A DNA stretch of 64,000 bases from the NCBI GenBank assembly GCA_010909165.1, contig MU008159.1, positions 558,001-622,000 of the forward strand, in the 5' to 3' direction. The notes under the pieces are model-generated. The model did no database searches, had not been told where the DNA came from, and was given only the letters and a program-made list of their open reading frames with translations. A program made the position numbers and the translations under genes. Of this stretch, positions 9,951 through 22,700 are shown in pieces. The stretch is from Anthoceros angustus (Eukaryota; Plantae; Anthocerotophyta). Position 1 is the first letter of the stretch, and each line of letters starts with the position of its first letter.

Positions 9951-11934
9951 AACGTGACAGTTTACCACATTGTGTATCACTAAACCATTATCAATAAATA
10001 AAGTTCCAAAAAGCCTTGTGATGTATGTATATATAGATAGTTCTATATTATTATCTAATTAAACTACCTTCCTTAAATTAATAGCTATATACAATATAAC
10101 TAAATCTATAATACACCGCAGCATAATTCTGGTTTGATATGATAGAATGCGTCTCCCAGGACAAACCAGTTCGGCACAGAAAGGGAACCAGGTGGGAAAT
10201 GTGAGAAAACCCTCCCGGGCTGTGAGTTTTTAGGCTTGGGGTACGACAGTCGGTTCCGAGGGATTAGGTTGCAGCCAGAAGGCTTTTGTAAACAAGCGTG
10301 CTCGGGACGGCAGCAGCATTTCGAAGCGGCTAGCTCGTTGTTGCCTGTGATCCGTTGCCATTGGGCACCGGACTTGAGGCTCGTCGGCGCTGCAGCCTTG
10401 AGATGCCGCTGAGGCCCGCCCTGTCTGTACAAGGCACGAGGCAGCAACAGGACCAGCTGAAGTCTTGCTTCTCCATTTCGAATGGCTTGCCTGAATTGCT
10501 TCACATCGTTGATCAGTGCACACCGCGCACAGTTAGGTTCACCGTGCCGCAAGATGCCGTTCCATCCCTGTATTGATCAGACACATGCTACGAGTGGGAG
10601 CCGCGCGCCGGACGATCTTGAGCCGGACGGCTTCCTCGACGCCAAGACCAGCTTCCTGGAAACACGCCACCAGGTGCTCCTGCTTTTGTCGGAAAGAAGG
10701 AGAAGTGTCCAGCTAGTTTTAAGAGCATGAGCTCTGTGGCTCTCAGCTCCTGGACACTTCCTTCTTCCCGACCTAAACAGGAGCAGCAGCAAATCGGGCA
10801 ATTGCGGTTGCTCCTGTTTGAGCAGATTACGGGTACGGAATTGTGTGCCGGCTTCTTGGTATTGGCTAGGCTAGGTTAGGTCTTTTGCTTACTGGTTGCC
10901 AGGTTATTTTCCAGCGCTTGTCATTCGCTGGGTGAGATGGTGTTGCGGCTGCAGGATGTTGGATGGAAGAGCTCCTTGGGTACTCCACGTCTTGGAAATC
11001 TGTGGTGAGTATGTCTCGCCGGACAGCTGGGGAGGGCATGAGCACTTCTTTCTGTGTTGTTGCTCTTCCAAACAACTAACTTCGTTAGGTTCAGTTCAAG
11101 CCTTCCTGTTGTTCTGGAGCCGAGCACAGCTGCGAAAGCCGTCCCAGCCTTTCAGTGTGTTTTGCTCAGACTCTCAGGTTCAGATCAGTATGTGTGGAAC
11201 CCTTCTGGTTCGGGTGTCAACTGGCAAGCCAATCTTGAGGGCCTGCAAAGCCGTTTGCAAAGTGCATTTTCATCTTCTTCGTCGTGCATTTTTTGCTGTT
11301 CAAAGCTTGTGAGTGTGAAATCTATGTATCAATTCCCTTCCATTTTGAGTCCAGGATGATCAGGATGCTCTCAGAGCGAGCAAGGGCTCAGCGCAGGGAC
11401 CCCTCACATGGTCACACACTAATTGCGGATGCCACTGACATATTGGGTTATATTCTCGTTCTTGCAGTCCACCAATAGCTACCTCACATACTACCTTCTT
11501 CCTCCACTCGGCTTTTGACCCTGATTCTGACTCCATCCTTTCTTCCTGCCGTATGTGATATAAGTGTAACCTGTGTCTTGGTAACTCAGTGCGGATAACC
11601 CCCAGCATCACTGTAGTATAAGTGTAAACAAGTCTAGGCCGCTTGCAACATTCATTCCTCACACCATGCTGCAATCTGACTTATTTAAGGTTGATATGTG
11701 AACATGGTGGTGGAACCGGGCTCCTCGAACATTAGCCGATCTTCTACAGCGTCCTCCAACCTGTTGTGAGTCGCATATATGTATTCGTGGAGAGGTTGCA
11801 CAGGAACGTTTCCTACTTATGCATACCCCTTCATCACCATGAGAACATGGACACAGTCAGGACACAGTCAGGTTTGGATGTCCAATGAAGCCTTGATTGA
11901 GATAATCCTAATAAGTACCGTCCGGCAGAGATAG

Positions 11935-14900
11935 TCCAGCAATACGGGCTTGGTGAGCAAGAGATACGGTAGTCTTGAAATATGGGCTTGGTGTCCAGCA
12001 ATACGGGCTTGGTGAGCAAGAGATACGGTAGTCTTGAAATATGGGCTTGGTGAGCAATGTGTCTGCAACTTGGGTGTGGTTATGTCTGGGCAATGTGTCT
12101 GCAACTTGGGTGTGGTTATGTCTGGGTGTCGTCTGCAACTTGGGTGTGGTTATGTCTGGGTGTCGTCTGCAACTTGGGTGTGGTTATGTCTGGGTGTCGC
12201 CTGCAACTTGGGTGTGGTTATGTCTGGTGTCGCAACTTGGGTGTGTTATGTCTGCGTCGCTCGCAACTTGGTGTGGTTATGTCTGGGTGTCTGCAACTTG
12301 GGTGTGGTTATGTCGGTGTCGCGCAACTTGGGTGTGGTTATGTCTGGGTGTCGTCGGCAACTTGGGTGTGGTTATGTCTGGCTAACTTGGGTGTGGTTAT
12401 GGCAACTTGGGTGTGGTTATGTCTGGCTAACTTGGGTGTGGTTATGTCTGGCCAACTTGGATGTGGTTATGTCTGGTTGGCTAACTTGGGTGTGGTTATG
12501 TCTGGCCAACTTGGATGTGGTTATGTCTGGTTGGCTAACTTGGGTGTGGTTATGTCTGGCCAACTTGGATGTGGTTATGTCTGGGTGTCGTCTGCAACTT
12601 GGGTGTCGCTATGACTAGGTTGCGATTTCCTTGAATGCAACTAACTAGGTTGCGATTTCCTTGAATGCAACTAACTAGGTTGCGATTTCCTTGAATGCAA
12701 CTAACTAGGTTGCGATTTCCTTGAATGCAACTTTGGATTTCCTTGAATGCAACTTTGGATTTCCTTGAATGCAACTTTGGATGTTGCGATTTCCTTGAAT
12801 GCAACTTTGGATGCAACTTAGGTGTCGCTATGACTAGGTTGTGGTTTCTTGCGGTTTCTATGAACTAGGTAGGGTTTCTTTGAACTAGGTTGTCGTTATG
12901 ACTAGGTTTCTATGAACTAGGTAGGGTTTCTTTGAACTAGGTTGTCGTTATGACTAGGTTTCTATGAACTAGGTAGGGTTTCTTTGAACTAGGTTGTCGT
13001 TATGACTAGGTTTCTATGAACTAGGTAGGGTTTCTTTGAACTAGGTTGTCGTTATGACTAGGTTGCGGTTTCTTTGAACTAGGTTGTCTAGGTTGCAGTC
13101 TGCTTGAACTAGGTTCTCGTTATGACTAGGTTGTTATGACTAGGTTGCAGTTTCCTTGAACTAGCTAGTTATCACCAGGTGAACTAATTAGTTTCCTTGA
13201 ACTAGTTAGTTATCACTAGGTCGCGATGACTAGGTTGCAGTTTTCTTGAACTAGATTGTCGATTATGACTAGGTTGCAGTTTCCTTGAACTAGGTTTATG
13301 ATTAGGTTGCACCTTGAACTAGGTTTATGATTAGGTTGCACTAGGTTTATGATTAGGTTGCACCTTGAACTAGGTTTATGATTAGGTTGCAGTAGGTTGC
13401 AGTTTCCTTGAACTAGGTTGTCGTTTATGACTAGGTTGCAGTTTCCTTGAACTAGTTAGTTTCCTTGAACTAGGTTGTTGTTTATGACTAGGTTGCAGTT
13501 TCCTTGAACTAGTTAGTTTCCTTGAACTAGGTTGTTGTTATGACTAGGTTGCAGTTTCCTTGAACCAGTTAGTTTCCTTGAACTAGTTAGCTATCACTAG
13601 ATTGTAGTTATGAACAGGTTGCAGTTTCCTTGAACCAGTTAGTTTCCTTGAACTAGTTAGCTATCACTAGATTGTAGTTATGACCAGGTTGCAGTTTCCT
13701 TGAACTAGTTAGTTTCCTTGATCTAGTTAGTTATCACTTGGTTGTCAGGTTGCGGTGTCTTTGAAGTAGGTAGTTATCATCACGTTATTGTTATCACTCG
13801 GTTGCGGTGTCCTTGAACTAGGTAATTATCACTAGGTTGTTGTTATCACTAGTCACTAGGTGGCAGTTTCTTTCCTTGAACTAGTTAATTAACACAAGGT
13901 TGTGTTATGACTAGGTTGCAGTTTCTTTCCTTGAATTAGTTAATAATGATGGCTTGGATTGTCAAATAGATTTTAATACAAAAGCATAGAGTCCCTATCA
14001 GCCATAATGATGGCTTGGATTGTCAAACATATTTTAGTACAAAAGCATGGAGTCCCTAATACTGGAACAATCATGCACAAGCACAGATTGAATGTCATGC
14101 ACAAGCGCCTAACATCATTGAACAGTCATGCACAAGCGCCTAACATCATTGAATCATGCACAAGTCCTTGATAGTCATGCACAAGTCCTTGATAGCTTGA
14201 TAGCATCGAACAGTAATGCATAGAGTCCCTAACAACCATAATGTGCTTGACAGCCTGGAACAATCATGCACAAGTCCATGTATGCAAAAGTCCATGCACA
14301 AGTCCATGCACAAGTCCATGTAATTGATGTCTTAAAAGCTAGGAGGAACATCGAGATAGTTGATGTCTTAAAGTTGGAAGGAACATCCATGGAGCTTATG
14401 TTTTATACTTGGGAGGAATTTGGTAGAAACTTAAAGTGAGGAGGAAGTTGGGAGAAATACCTTTCGATTAGTCTGTCATTCACCACCACAACCTTGAAAC
14501 CCATTCACAACCACAACCTTGAAACCCCTCGAGTTGACTGCCCTTAATGACCATGACCTTGACTACCCTTAATGACCACAACCTTGAAACCCCTCGAGCT
14601 GCTTGCTCTTCACAATTGCAGCCTTAAAACCCCTCAAGTTGATCGCCGCCGACCATGACCTTGAAACCCCTCGAGCTTGCCCTTCACAATTGCGGCCTTA
14701 AAACCCCTCGAGTTGACCGCCTGTGACCATGACCTTGAAACCCCTCGAGCCGCTTGCCCTTCACAATTGCGGCCTTGAACTAGCTAGTTATCACCGTGAA
14801 CTAATTAGTTTCCTTGAACTAGTTAGTTATCACTGGGTCGATGACTAGGTTGCGCTTTTCTTGAACTAGATTGTCGATTATGACCAGGTTGCGCCTTGAA

Positions 14901-16685
14901 CTAGGTTTATGATTAGGTTGCACCTTGAACTAGGTTTATGATTAGGTTGCACTAGGTTTATGATTAGGTTGCACCTTGAACCAGGTTTATGATTAGGTTG
15001 CGTGAGGTTGCGCTTCCTTGAACTAGGCTGTCGCTATGACCAGGCTGCGATTTCCTTGAACCAGTTAGTTTCCTTGAACTAGGTTGTTGTTATGACTAGG
15101 TTGCGCCTTGAACTAGTTAGTTTCCTTGAACTAGGTTGTTGTTATGACTAGGTTGCGGTTTCCTTGAACCGCTTAGTTTCCTTGAACTAGTTAGCTATCA
15201 CTAGATTGTAGTTATGAACAGTTGCGCTTTCCTTGAACCGCTTAGTTTCCTTGAACTAGTTAGCTATCACTAGATTGTAGTTATGACCAGGTTGCGTTCC
15301 TTGAACTAGTTAGTTTCCTTGATCTAGTTAGTTATCACTTGGTTGTCAGTTGCGTGTCTTTGAAGTAGGTAGTTATCATCACGCTATTGTTATCACTCGG
15401 TTGCGGTGTCCTTGAACTAGGTAATTATCACTAGGTTGTTGTTATCACTAGTCACTAGGTGGCAGTTTCTTTCCTTGAACTAGTTAATTAACACAAGGTT
15501 GTGTTATGACTAGGTTGCAGTTTCTTTCCTTGAATTAGTTAATAATGATGGCTTGGATTGTCAAATAGATTTTAATACAAAAGCATAGAGTCCCTATCAG
15601 CCATAATGATGGCTTGGATTGTCAAACATATTTTAGTACAAAAGCATGGAGTCCCTAACAGCCTGGAACAATCATGCACAAGCACAGCATTGAACAGTCA
15701 TGCACAAGCGCCTAACATCATTGAACAGTCATGCACAAGTCCTTGATAGTCATGCACAAGTCCTTGATAGCTTGATAGCATCGAACAGTAATGCATAGAG
15801 TCCCTAACAACCATAATGTGCTTGACAGCCTGGAACAATCATGCACAAGTCCATGTATGCAAAAGTCCATGCACAAGTCCATGCACAAGTCCATGTAATT
15901 GATGTCTTAAAAGCTAGGAGGAACATCGAGATAGTTGATGTCTTAAAGTTGGAAGGAACATCCATGGAGCTTATGTTTTATACTTGGGAGGAATTTGGTA
16001 GAAACTTAAAGTGAGGAGGAAGTTGGGAGAAATACCTTTCGATTAGTCTCATTCACCACCACAACCTTGAAACCCATTCACAACCACAACCTTGAAACCC
16101 CGAGTTGATCGCCTTAATGACCATGACCTTGACTACCCTTAATGACCACAACCTTGAAACCCCTCGAGCTGCTTGCTCTTCACAATTGCAGCCTTAAAAC
16201 CCCTCAAGTTGATCGCCGCCGACCATGACCTTGAAACCCCTCGAGCTTGCCCTTCACAATTGCGGCCTTAAAACCCCTCGAGTTGACCGCCTGTGACCAT
16301 GACCTTGAAACCCCTCGAGCCGCTTGCCCTTCACAATTGCGGCCTTAAAACCCCTCGAGTTGACTGCCCTTAATGACCATGACCTTGACTACCCTTAATG
16401 ACCACAACCTTGAAACCCCTCGAGCTGCTTGCTCTTCACAATTGCAGCCTTAAAACCCCTCAAGTTGACTGCCCGTAACGACCATGACCTTGAAACCCCT
16501 CGAGCTGCTTGCCCTTCACAATTGCAGCCTTAAAACCCCTCGAGTTGACTGCCCGTAACGACCATGACCTTGAAACCCCTCGAGCTGCTTGCCCTTCACA
16601 ATTGCAGCCTTGAAACCCCTAGAGCTGCTTGCCCTTCACAACAATTGCAGCCTTGAAACCCCTCGAGCTGCTTGCCCTTGACAAC
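11935..16685. repeat. Compound satellite array with several monomer types and a ~1.6-kb higher-order duplication
   Basis: 59-bp unit x2 (11935-12055); ~25-33-bp gcaacttgggtgtggttatgtctgg units (12055-12605); 30-bp actaggttgcgatttccttgaatgcaacta units (12614-12810); actaggtt/ttccttgaac units (to ~13940); catgcacaag units; ~40/80-bp ccttgaaacccctcgag units. Block ~13155-14775 is repeated at ~14773-16345. Confidence 0.95.
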
Positions 16686-17328
16686 TATAATCTTGAGCAT
16701 GATGTGAGCATATAGCCATAGCCTTGCACGAGGCTCTTGCTTGAAAAAACATGTGAGAGATATATGCACAATTAAAACATTCAAGAGAAGCACGATTTGA
16801 CCAAAACAATAATTAAACAACATGACTCACTAATTTGTTTTATTATGATAATTATACAACTCCAGAACTACATATGGCTAATTCTTGATAATCATATTTT
16901 TACTTACTCTTTTATTTATTACAAGTAATCATCATTATAAAGTTCTTGTTCTTTTCTTGTATTCTAAGTTATCCTATCGGATTCCAAGAAACACTCCAAG
17001 AGGACAAAGTCATTTACGTCACTAAATTATAAAAAATTATTGCATGAGAATGAACTCGTAAATTAGAAAATAATTTAGTATATAAAATATTTTTAATTAT
17101 AACATATTACAATTTATTACCTTATAACAGACTTATATTAGTTGAGCTTACAACGATATAGTTAACAGCCTTGGAAGATGCAGAGAGCATCTTTAGAGGT
17201 GCATATTCCACGAAATGTGAGGTCAGAGCAAATAGCGTAGCGGCAATAAGCTGGCCTGCGGATAACATTTTAGTGGCTGAAAAGTGCACTACAAATACAG
17301 CCGTGGAAAATGTGGCCTCGATCGATCG

Positions 17329-17390
17329 GATTCACTTTACATACTGTTCCACATCGATCGATCGATGTGGAACAGTATGTAAAGTGAATC
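17329..17390. repeat. Perfect 62-bp spacerless palindrome
   Basis: gattcactttacatactgttccacatcgatc|gatcgatgtggaacagtatgtaaagtgaatc. Confidence 0.97.
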
Positions 17391-17523
17391 AAGTCAGAAA
17401 TTACGGCTTCAGCTGCCGGGCGGACAGCCTCAGGGTGATGTCCTCAGGGACGTTAAACTTTCCGCTTTTTCAATATATGCGTTCCGCAGTCTGTGAAGGT
17501 GGCGGAATCGGCACTGTGCGGCG

Positions 17524-19144
17524 ATGGCGAGAGCTTCGAATTGGCCACCGAGGCGGAGGCCTCTGCCAGGCCACGGCAAGGGCTTGTTTGCTACCATGCC
17601 ATTGCGTGGAGTTGAAGTCTTGGCTCTGTTTGCTCTTCGACTTGCACTTGCCCAGATTTCTCCTGCTCCAAGTTCCGAGCCTCAAGGTCCTTGCATGAAA
17701 ACAACATATCGTGCATGAAACTGAGAATCAATGCAACATGTTCCTCGGAAAAGAAGAGAACGTTCTCAATTCAAGCACACTATGCATGAAAGGCGGCCGT
17801 GGCCATGGCTCTGACGTGGTGTGGTGTGGCTTACGGTGCTTGACTGGGAGGCAGTGTGGACGTGGTGTGTCGAAGACATATCCGACAAGGAGAAGTGTGA
17901 GCAGATGGTGGCAATTCTGGATCGGCTCGATGCAGACTCCGCACATTCGCATGCCTGGTAAGTGGTGATGTCGATTTGGAGTGACAGGGACTCTGGCTTT
18001 GAACTTTTGACTCCAGGCTGGACATGTATGTGTGCACTGCAGCACAGTAGGAAGGCGAGAGGAAGGCTGCATGCAGATGGTGAGGGATGGCAATGCGACG
18101 TTTTTGACTCTGGACGGGGCTGCGATCTTTACTGCTGCTAGCGACGATTTCCAATTGGAGCCGATTCGAATTGAGATTTCCGAGCTCTCCAAGGATCACT
18201 TCTATTACAGTGTGGGAGTGGTGAAGGAGGGACAGTGTCCAAAAAGCCTGAAGAAGCTGGCGGGGAAACGGAGCTGCCATACTGGCTATGGTAGGGCTGC
18301 CGGCTGGGTGCTGCCTGTGACCAAGCTCATCGATGATTCGAAGGTCATGCCTATCGTGACATCGTGAGTACGACTCTCCTGTGCATACTGCAGTCTTAGT
18401 TCTTTCGAAGCTTGGAGATCAATCCCTAAGTGAGGCACACTGGAACGATTTTGCCGCAGGGGCCGGGGAAGGACAGACATTAAGTCTGTGAAGTCCTTTT
18501 TCTCCAAATCGTGTGCGGCCAGTGAGGACCCGGAAACATCCATCTGCAGTGCGTGCAAATCCGGAAGTAGCTGCACGGAAGCTGACGAGTATTACGACTA
18601 CGCTGGTGCCTTCCGTGGCCTGGTGGAAGGCGCTTGCGACATCGCCTTCACCAAGCACACCATACCGCTCGCATACTCGCAGGGCCTCTCTTCCGCGCAG
18701 CAAAGCCCCGGAGACTACTCCAGCTACCGGATCGTCTGTCCCTCTGGCAACCAGCAATGCTCTGATGTGAGCAACTGGTTGAGTTGCAACTTCGGGCGTG
18801 CTCCGGGGCATGCTATCATGGTGTCCAAGGCATGGAAGCAGGAGGAGCGTGATGAGTTCAATGCGCTCATGGATCGTGCAAACAACGACAGGGAATTCTC
18901 GGATCTCTTCTTCACCGGCCTCAACGTCGAAGGTTCGTTGTTTGCCCCCGACGCCATAAGGACCGAGAACTACAGCCTGCCAGCACAAAGCCTTATGGGA
19001 GCTCTGTACGACAGCATCACAATACTTGCCCAGATCAACAGGCTTGACGACACCCCATCTGCAAACTTGGGCTTCCGGCATAAACAATCTTTTCTCCTCC
19101 AGCTTCTCCTTTGCTGGCTCGTCTATGTGCTTATCTTCTTATAA
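17524..19144 (+). CDS. Single-lobe transferrin-family protein with signal peptide and C-terminal hydrophobic (GPI/TM) tail
   Basis: Exons 17524 (or 17596)-17686, 17855-17957, 18043-18363, 18460-19144, all GT-AG and in frame. Transferrin motifs: VWTWCVEDISDKEKC, CMQMVRDGNATFLTLDG, YYSVGVVK, LAGKRSCHTGYGRAAGW, YYDYAGAFRGLVEGACDIAFTKH, CNFGRAPGHAIMV. Confidence 0.92.
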
Positions 19145-19788
19145 CAGCATATGCATCTTTTTAACACAATTTTGACTCGTTTATGGATCAGATTCCTGTG
19201 GAGATCTTTCCTATCAACCATTTCACGTTATATACAGATACAAAGCCCTCGAACAATTTAGGCAGTAGCGGAATTAGCCAATACGTCCAAGAAAGATCTG
19301 TCCCAGACGTTGACGGCAATTCATTGAGACACAAATACAGAATAGATAAGACACACACGAACACTATTAGTTGAACGATAACGTATCACCACCTTCCAGC
19401 GGACAGTGTAACAACAGACCATGATCTTAACACATTACCTGCAATGCCTGATAACTAGAGGAGAGCCCCCATGCAGCAATTGCCTGTAAGCGAGGTGCGA
19501 ACAGTTAAGGTTTTGAGTAGAACATCTTACATGGACGGCGTCAGTGCGAGCGAGCTATCTTTCAAGGCATAACCGCTACCGCTCCAGTGAAAAATAACTT
19601 TCTGTTAGTCCATCCTTGCATCTTCCTTCAGCACCTTTTCAACATTAGCAAAACCCAGATTATGAAGTCTGCCCTGTTTTTCGAAGATAAGCGTGCTTCC
19701 AAATATTGCCTTCTAAGTGAAAGAGACACGGCTGACCTGATTTCATCCAGCTGCTGGCCGTAGCAGAAGACCTGTGCACGACGAGGGT

Positions 19789-22700
19789 TCACCAGCACTG
19801 CAGCCATAGTAGAGCAAACCCAGGTAACAGCAAGGTGTGTATCCTTGAAGAGAAGCTGGTTGACGCACTGCTAGCAACCTGAGCTAGCACCAGCCTAGAT
19901 GAAGCGGAATAATCTGTGATGAACTGCAGTGACACAGTGCCATCCCTGTAGTTGCTATCCGTGAAGCCATCCCAACTCGGAGTGCCATTTGTGAAGTGAA
20001 GAATTTTGAAAGTATCGTTGAGGGGAGCAACTAGATCGGTGAATGACACAAATAAGGATATCACTTGGGTGAGCCCGGCCTCTGGACCCAACAATGCAAA
20101 GTCACAGACCTCGAGAACTGCTAGCAAATCCTTGTAGAAGTAGGCAGTTATCCATTCTCCGGCTGAGAGTGGTGCAAACGATGGAAAACATGCCACAGCA
20201 ACACTGACACTGCCTCGGAACTGGGGTGAGTGGACGACTTCAAATCTGAAGTTTTCAACACTACCAGTCAAGTTGACTGGTGCACCTTCTCCATGTAGCT
20301 CTTTCTGAGCGGATAGAAGAGAGAACGACGAACGAAAAACATAGCTTGGAGGCTGCACACCCAACCCCATGCTGTTTGCCACAATCTGTCCCACAAGGAT
20401 CGGCACTTTAGAGGCCATATGCATGACACTGCCCCTGGTGACTGTGCACCCAGCATGTACAGCATTCAGAAGAGCATCCACTGCATCAAAGAAGCAGGAG
20501 TTGTACGGTTGTCCTGCAATGAGAAGCACGGCACATGGTAAGATATTGACAATGAAGAGATTATCTGCAATAAGCACAAGCCAAAACCTCTTTATCACCT
20601 GAAACAGAGGGCACATTAAGCCGATGAAAAGCGATTTGCTGCAGTTTTTCAACCACTAGACCTAAGGATGCATGGAGTTCATTGTCGCTGATATTTCCTG
20701 CGCTGCCAAGAATCTTGCTGTACGCACAGGCGACTACAAGTGCCATATGGGGTCCTGTGCCTGATGATACAGTGTCACTCAAAAAAGGGGGAGGGTACCA
20801 GGGGTCTGTGGTAGAGATCATGCTGAGCATGTCATTTACAATCTGGGCAAGGCCCGGTTCATGTGAGCAGTTAAGTGAGCGTTCACCGATATATTGAGAA
20901 CCAAAAACCTCACTTACCTGAAGTGGACTGTGATATTGGTTTTGACTCTGCCTTGGAGTAAAACTCTTATCCAACAAAGGATTTGATGAGTTCGTTGACA
21001 GAAGACTTCGCCCAGTAACCTTCATGGATTTGCCTCTGGATCCAGAATTCATCACAACTATGCTTGGCAGCTGATAAAGGGTACCCTGAGGAGCATCTTC
21101 ACTTCTGACAGAAACCAGGCCAGGATTTGCCACATATACTTGGAACGTAACCAACCCAGCTTTGACAACGAAGTAAAGGGCTAAGTTCACAGTCGAAAGA
21201 CGCTGGATGACTGTTTGTGTGTTGTTGTCAGTAATGTATCTGAACTCGTACTGTAGCGCTCCTTGCCCCTCACCCTGTGTCCATCCATGAGCCACCAATG
21301 TATAAAGTGTCTGCCCAGCTATGTCAGGTCCATCAGGTGGATATCGAGTCAGCAATACAGTGCCTCCAGAGGGATCAAACCACGTGGAGAAGTCAACCTT
21401 CGCAACACCCTGAGCTCTTTCTAACTTGGCAGAACAGAAGACAGTATATGAAGCACCTCCGACTAATGTGTGCGGCGGAATAAATAGACTACGTTGTCCC
21501 ATGGCAGCAGCTGTAATATCTGAGAACGTCCGTCGATCAGTTCCAGACTGGATGGACCACGTCAAATTATGCCCTTTGGAAAGACACCACAGCGTAACCT
21601 GCTGAGCACTGGACATGCCGTGAGCAGATTCTGCTGCATTCTGGAGAACCAAAGATACCGAGAGCAGATTAGATGGGCTGGCATCAATAATGGATGACGC
21701 AGTCACTCCAGTTCTTCCTTCAGTTAATGGTTCCTTATCCACAGTCACCTACAAAAACAAGAACAACAAGTGTGATTGTTAGTACAGATTGCCAACTGAC
21801 TGAAATATTGCATGCAAACTAAAAAGAACCATTACCGAAAAGTTGTATGTCCCAGTGCCAAGTAGTCCTGCAGGTACGGTAATTATTCTTCCAAAATCAT
21901 TAGATAGTTGGTTCTCAAACAAGAACAAGGCATTGGGCCCCAAGTGAGGTCCACACCTCCAAGTATACTTGATCTGGTAAGGAAGGCCATAGGGATCTAC
22001 AGAATCGTCTGGATCGATTACCACTGCTTCTAACGTAAAGCTTTCAGCTGAGTTGACAGTTCTGCTTCCACCTATGATTCTCAACAACAGGAAAGAAGAC
22101 TCTATGGATAGACGTATCTCTGCTGTCGATTGTGTCGATGGGAAGCCAACAAAGTAGCATGTAACCATGAATGCATAGGTATTGTTGGTTTCAAACTGAT
22201 TCCCTGGTATGCTCAAGAATCGCTCATTCAAAATTGTATCCTTCAGCTCAAGAAGTTGTCCTGCTGACTGTGACCATTGATAACCAAGTGTTGAGGACAA
22301 AGCCGCAGCAGTGCTAGAACCATTCATGCATCTTCCAGATGTATCCACAGACTTGGAGGAAGGAAGAGTCCCAATTGCTTCAATTTGAATCAGTTCAGAA
22401 CGGGTGCCAATGCGGATCTGCTTCAAACAACGATGACAAGGTTAGAGCTGCATTTGCTACCAACGTTCCGACCTGCTCGATGCGTGAAGGACCAGTACAG
22501 GACTAACTTTCATTCATCACCTGATCAGACCCGAAGATGGAAAGTAAAGGGACCGGACTTGCAGTCGCCTTTACACTTCTGGAGGTGCTGGACGAGTCTC
22601 CTCTAAAGTTGACCACAGTCAGTGTGAACTTATAGATCTCACCCTGCTGAAGAGTGCCTGGCTCAAGCGTAACACACATTTGATCTGAAGGGGCGTTCAT

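Noticed and set aside
12034-12816. Long Cys/Trp/Val-rich ORFs (CNLGVVMSG, ATWVWLCLG repeats)
   Set aside because: They are translations of satellite monomers, open in all three frames, with no gene structure.
11935-16685. CRISPR-like array
   Set aside because: There are no unique spacers between repeats and no cas genes, and the context is eukaryotic.
17171-17698. 175-aa ORF spanning the palindrome
   Set aside because: It has no recognisable domain, starts at TTG, and overlaps the transferrin first exon in another frame.
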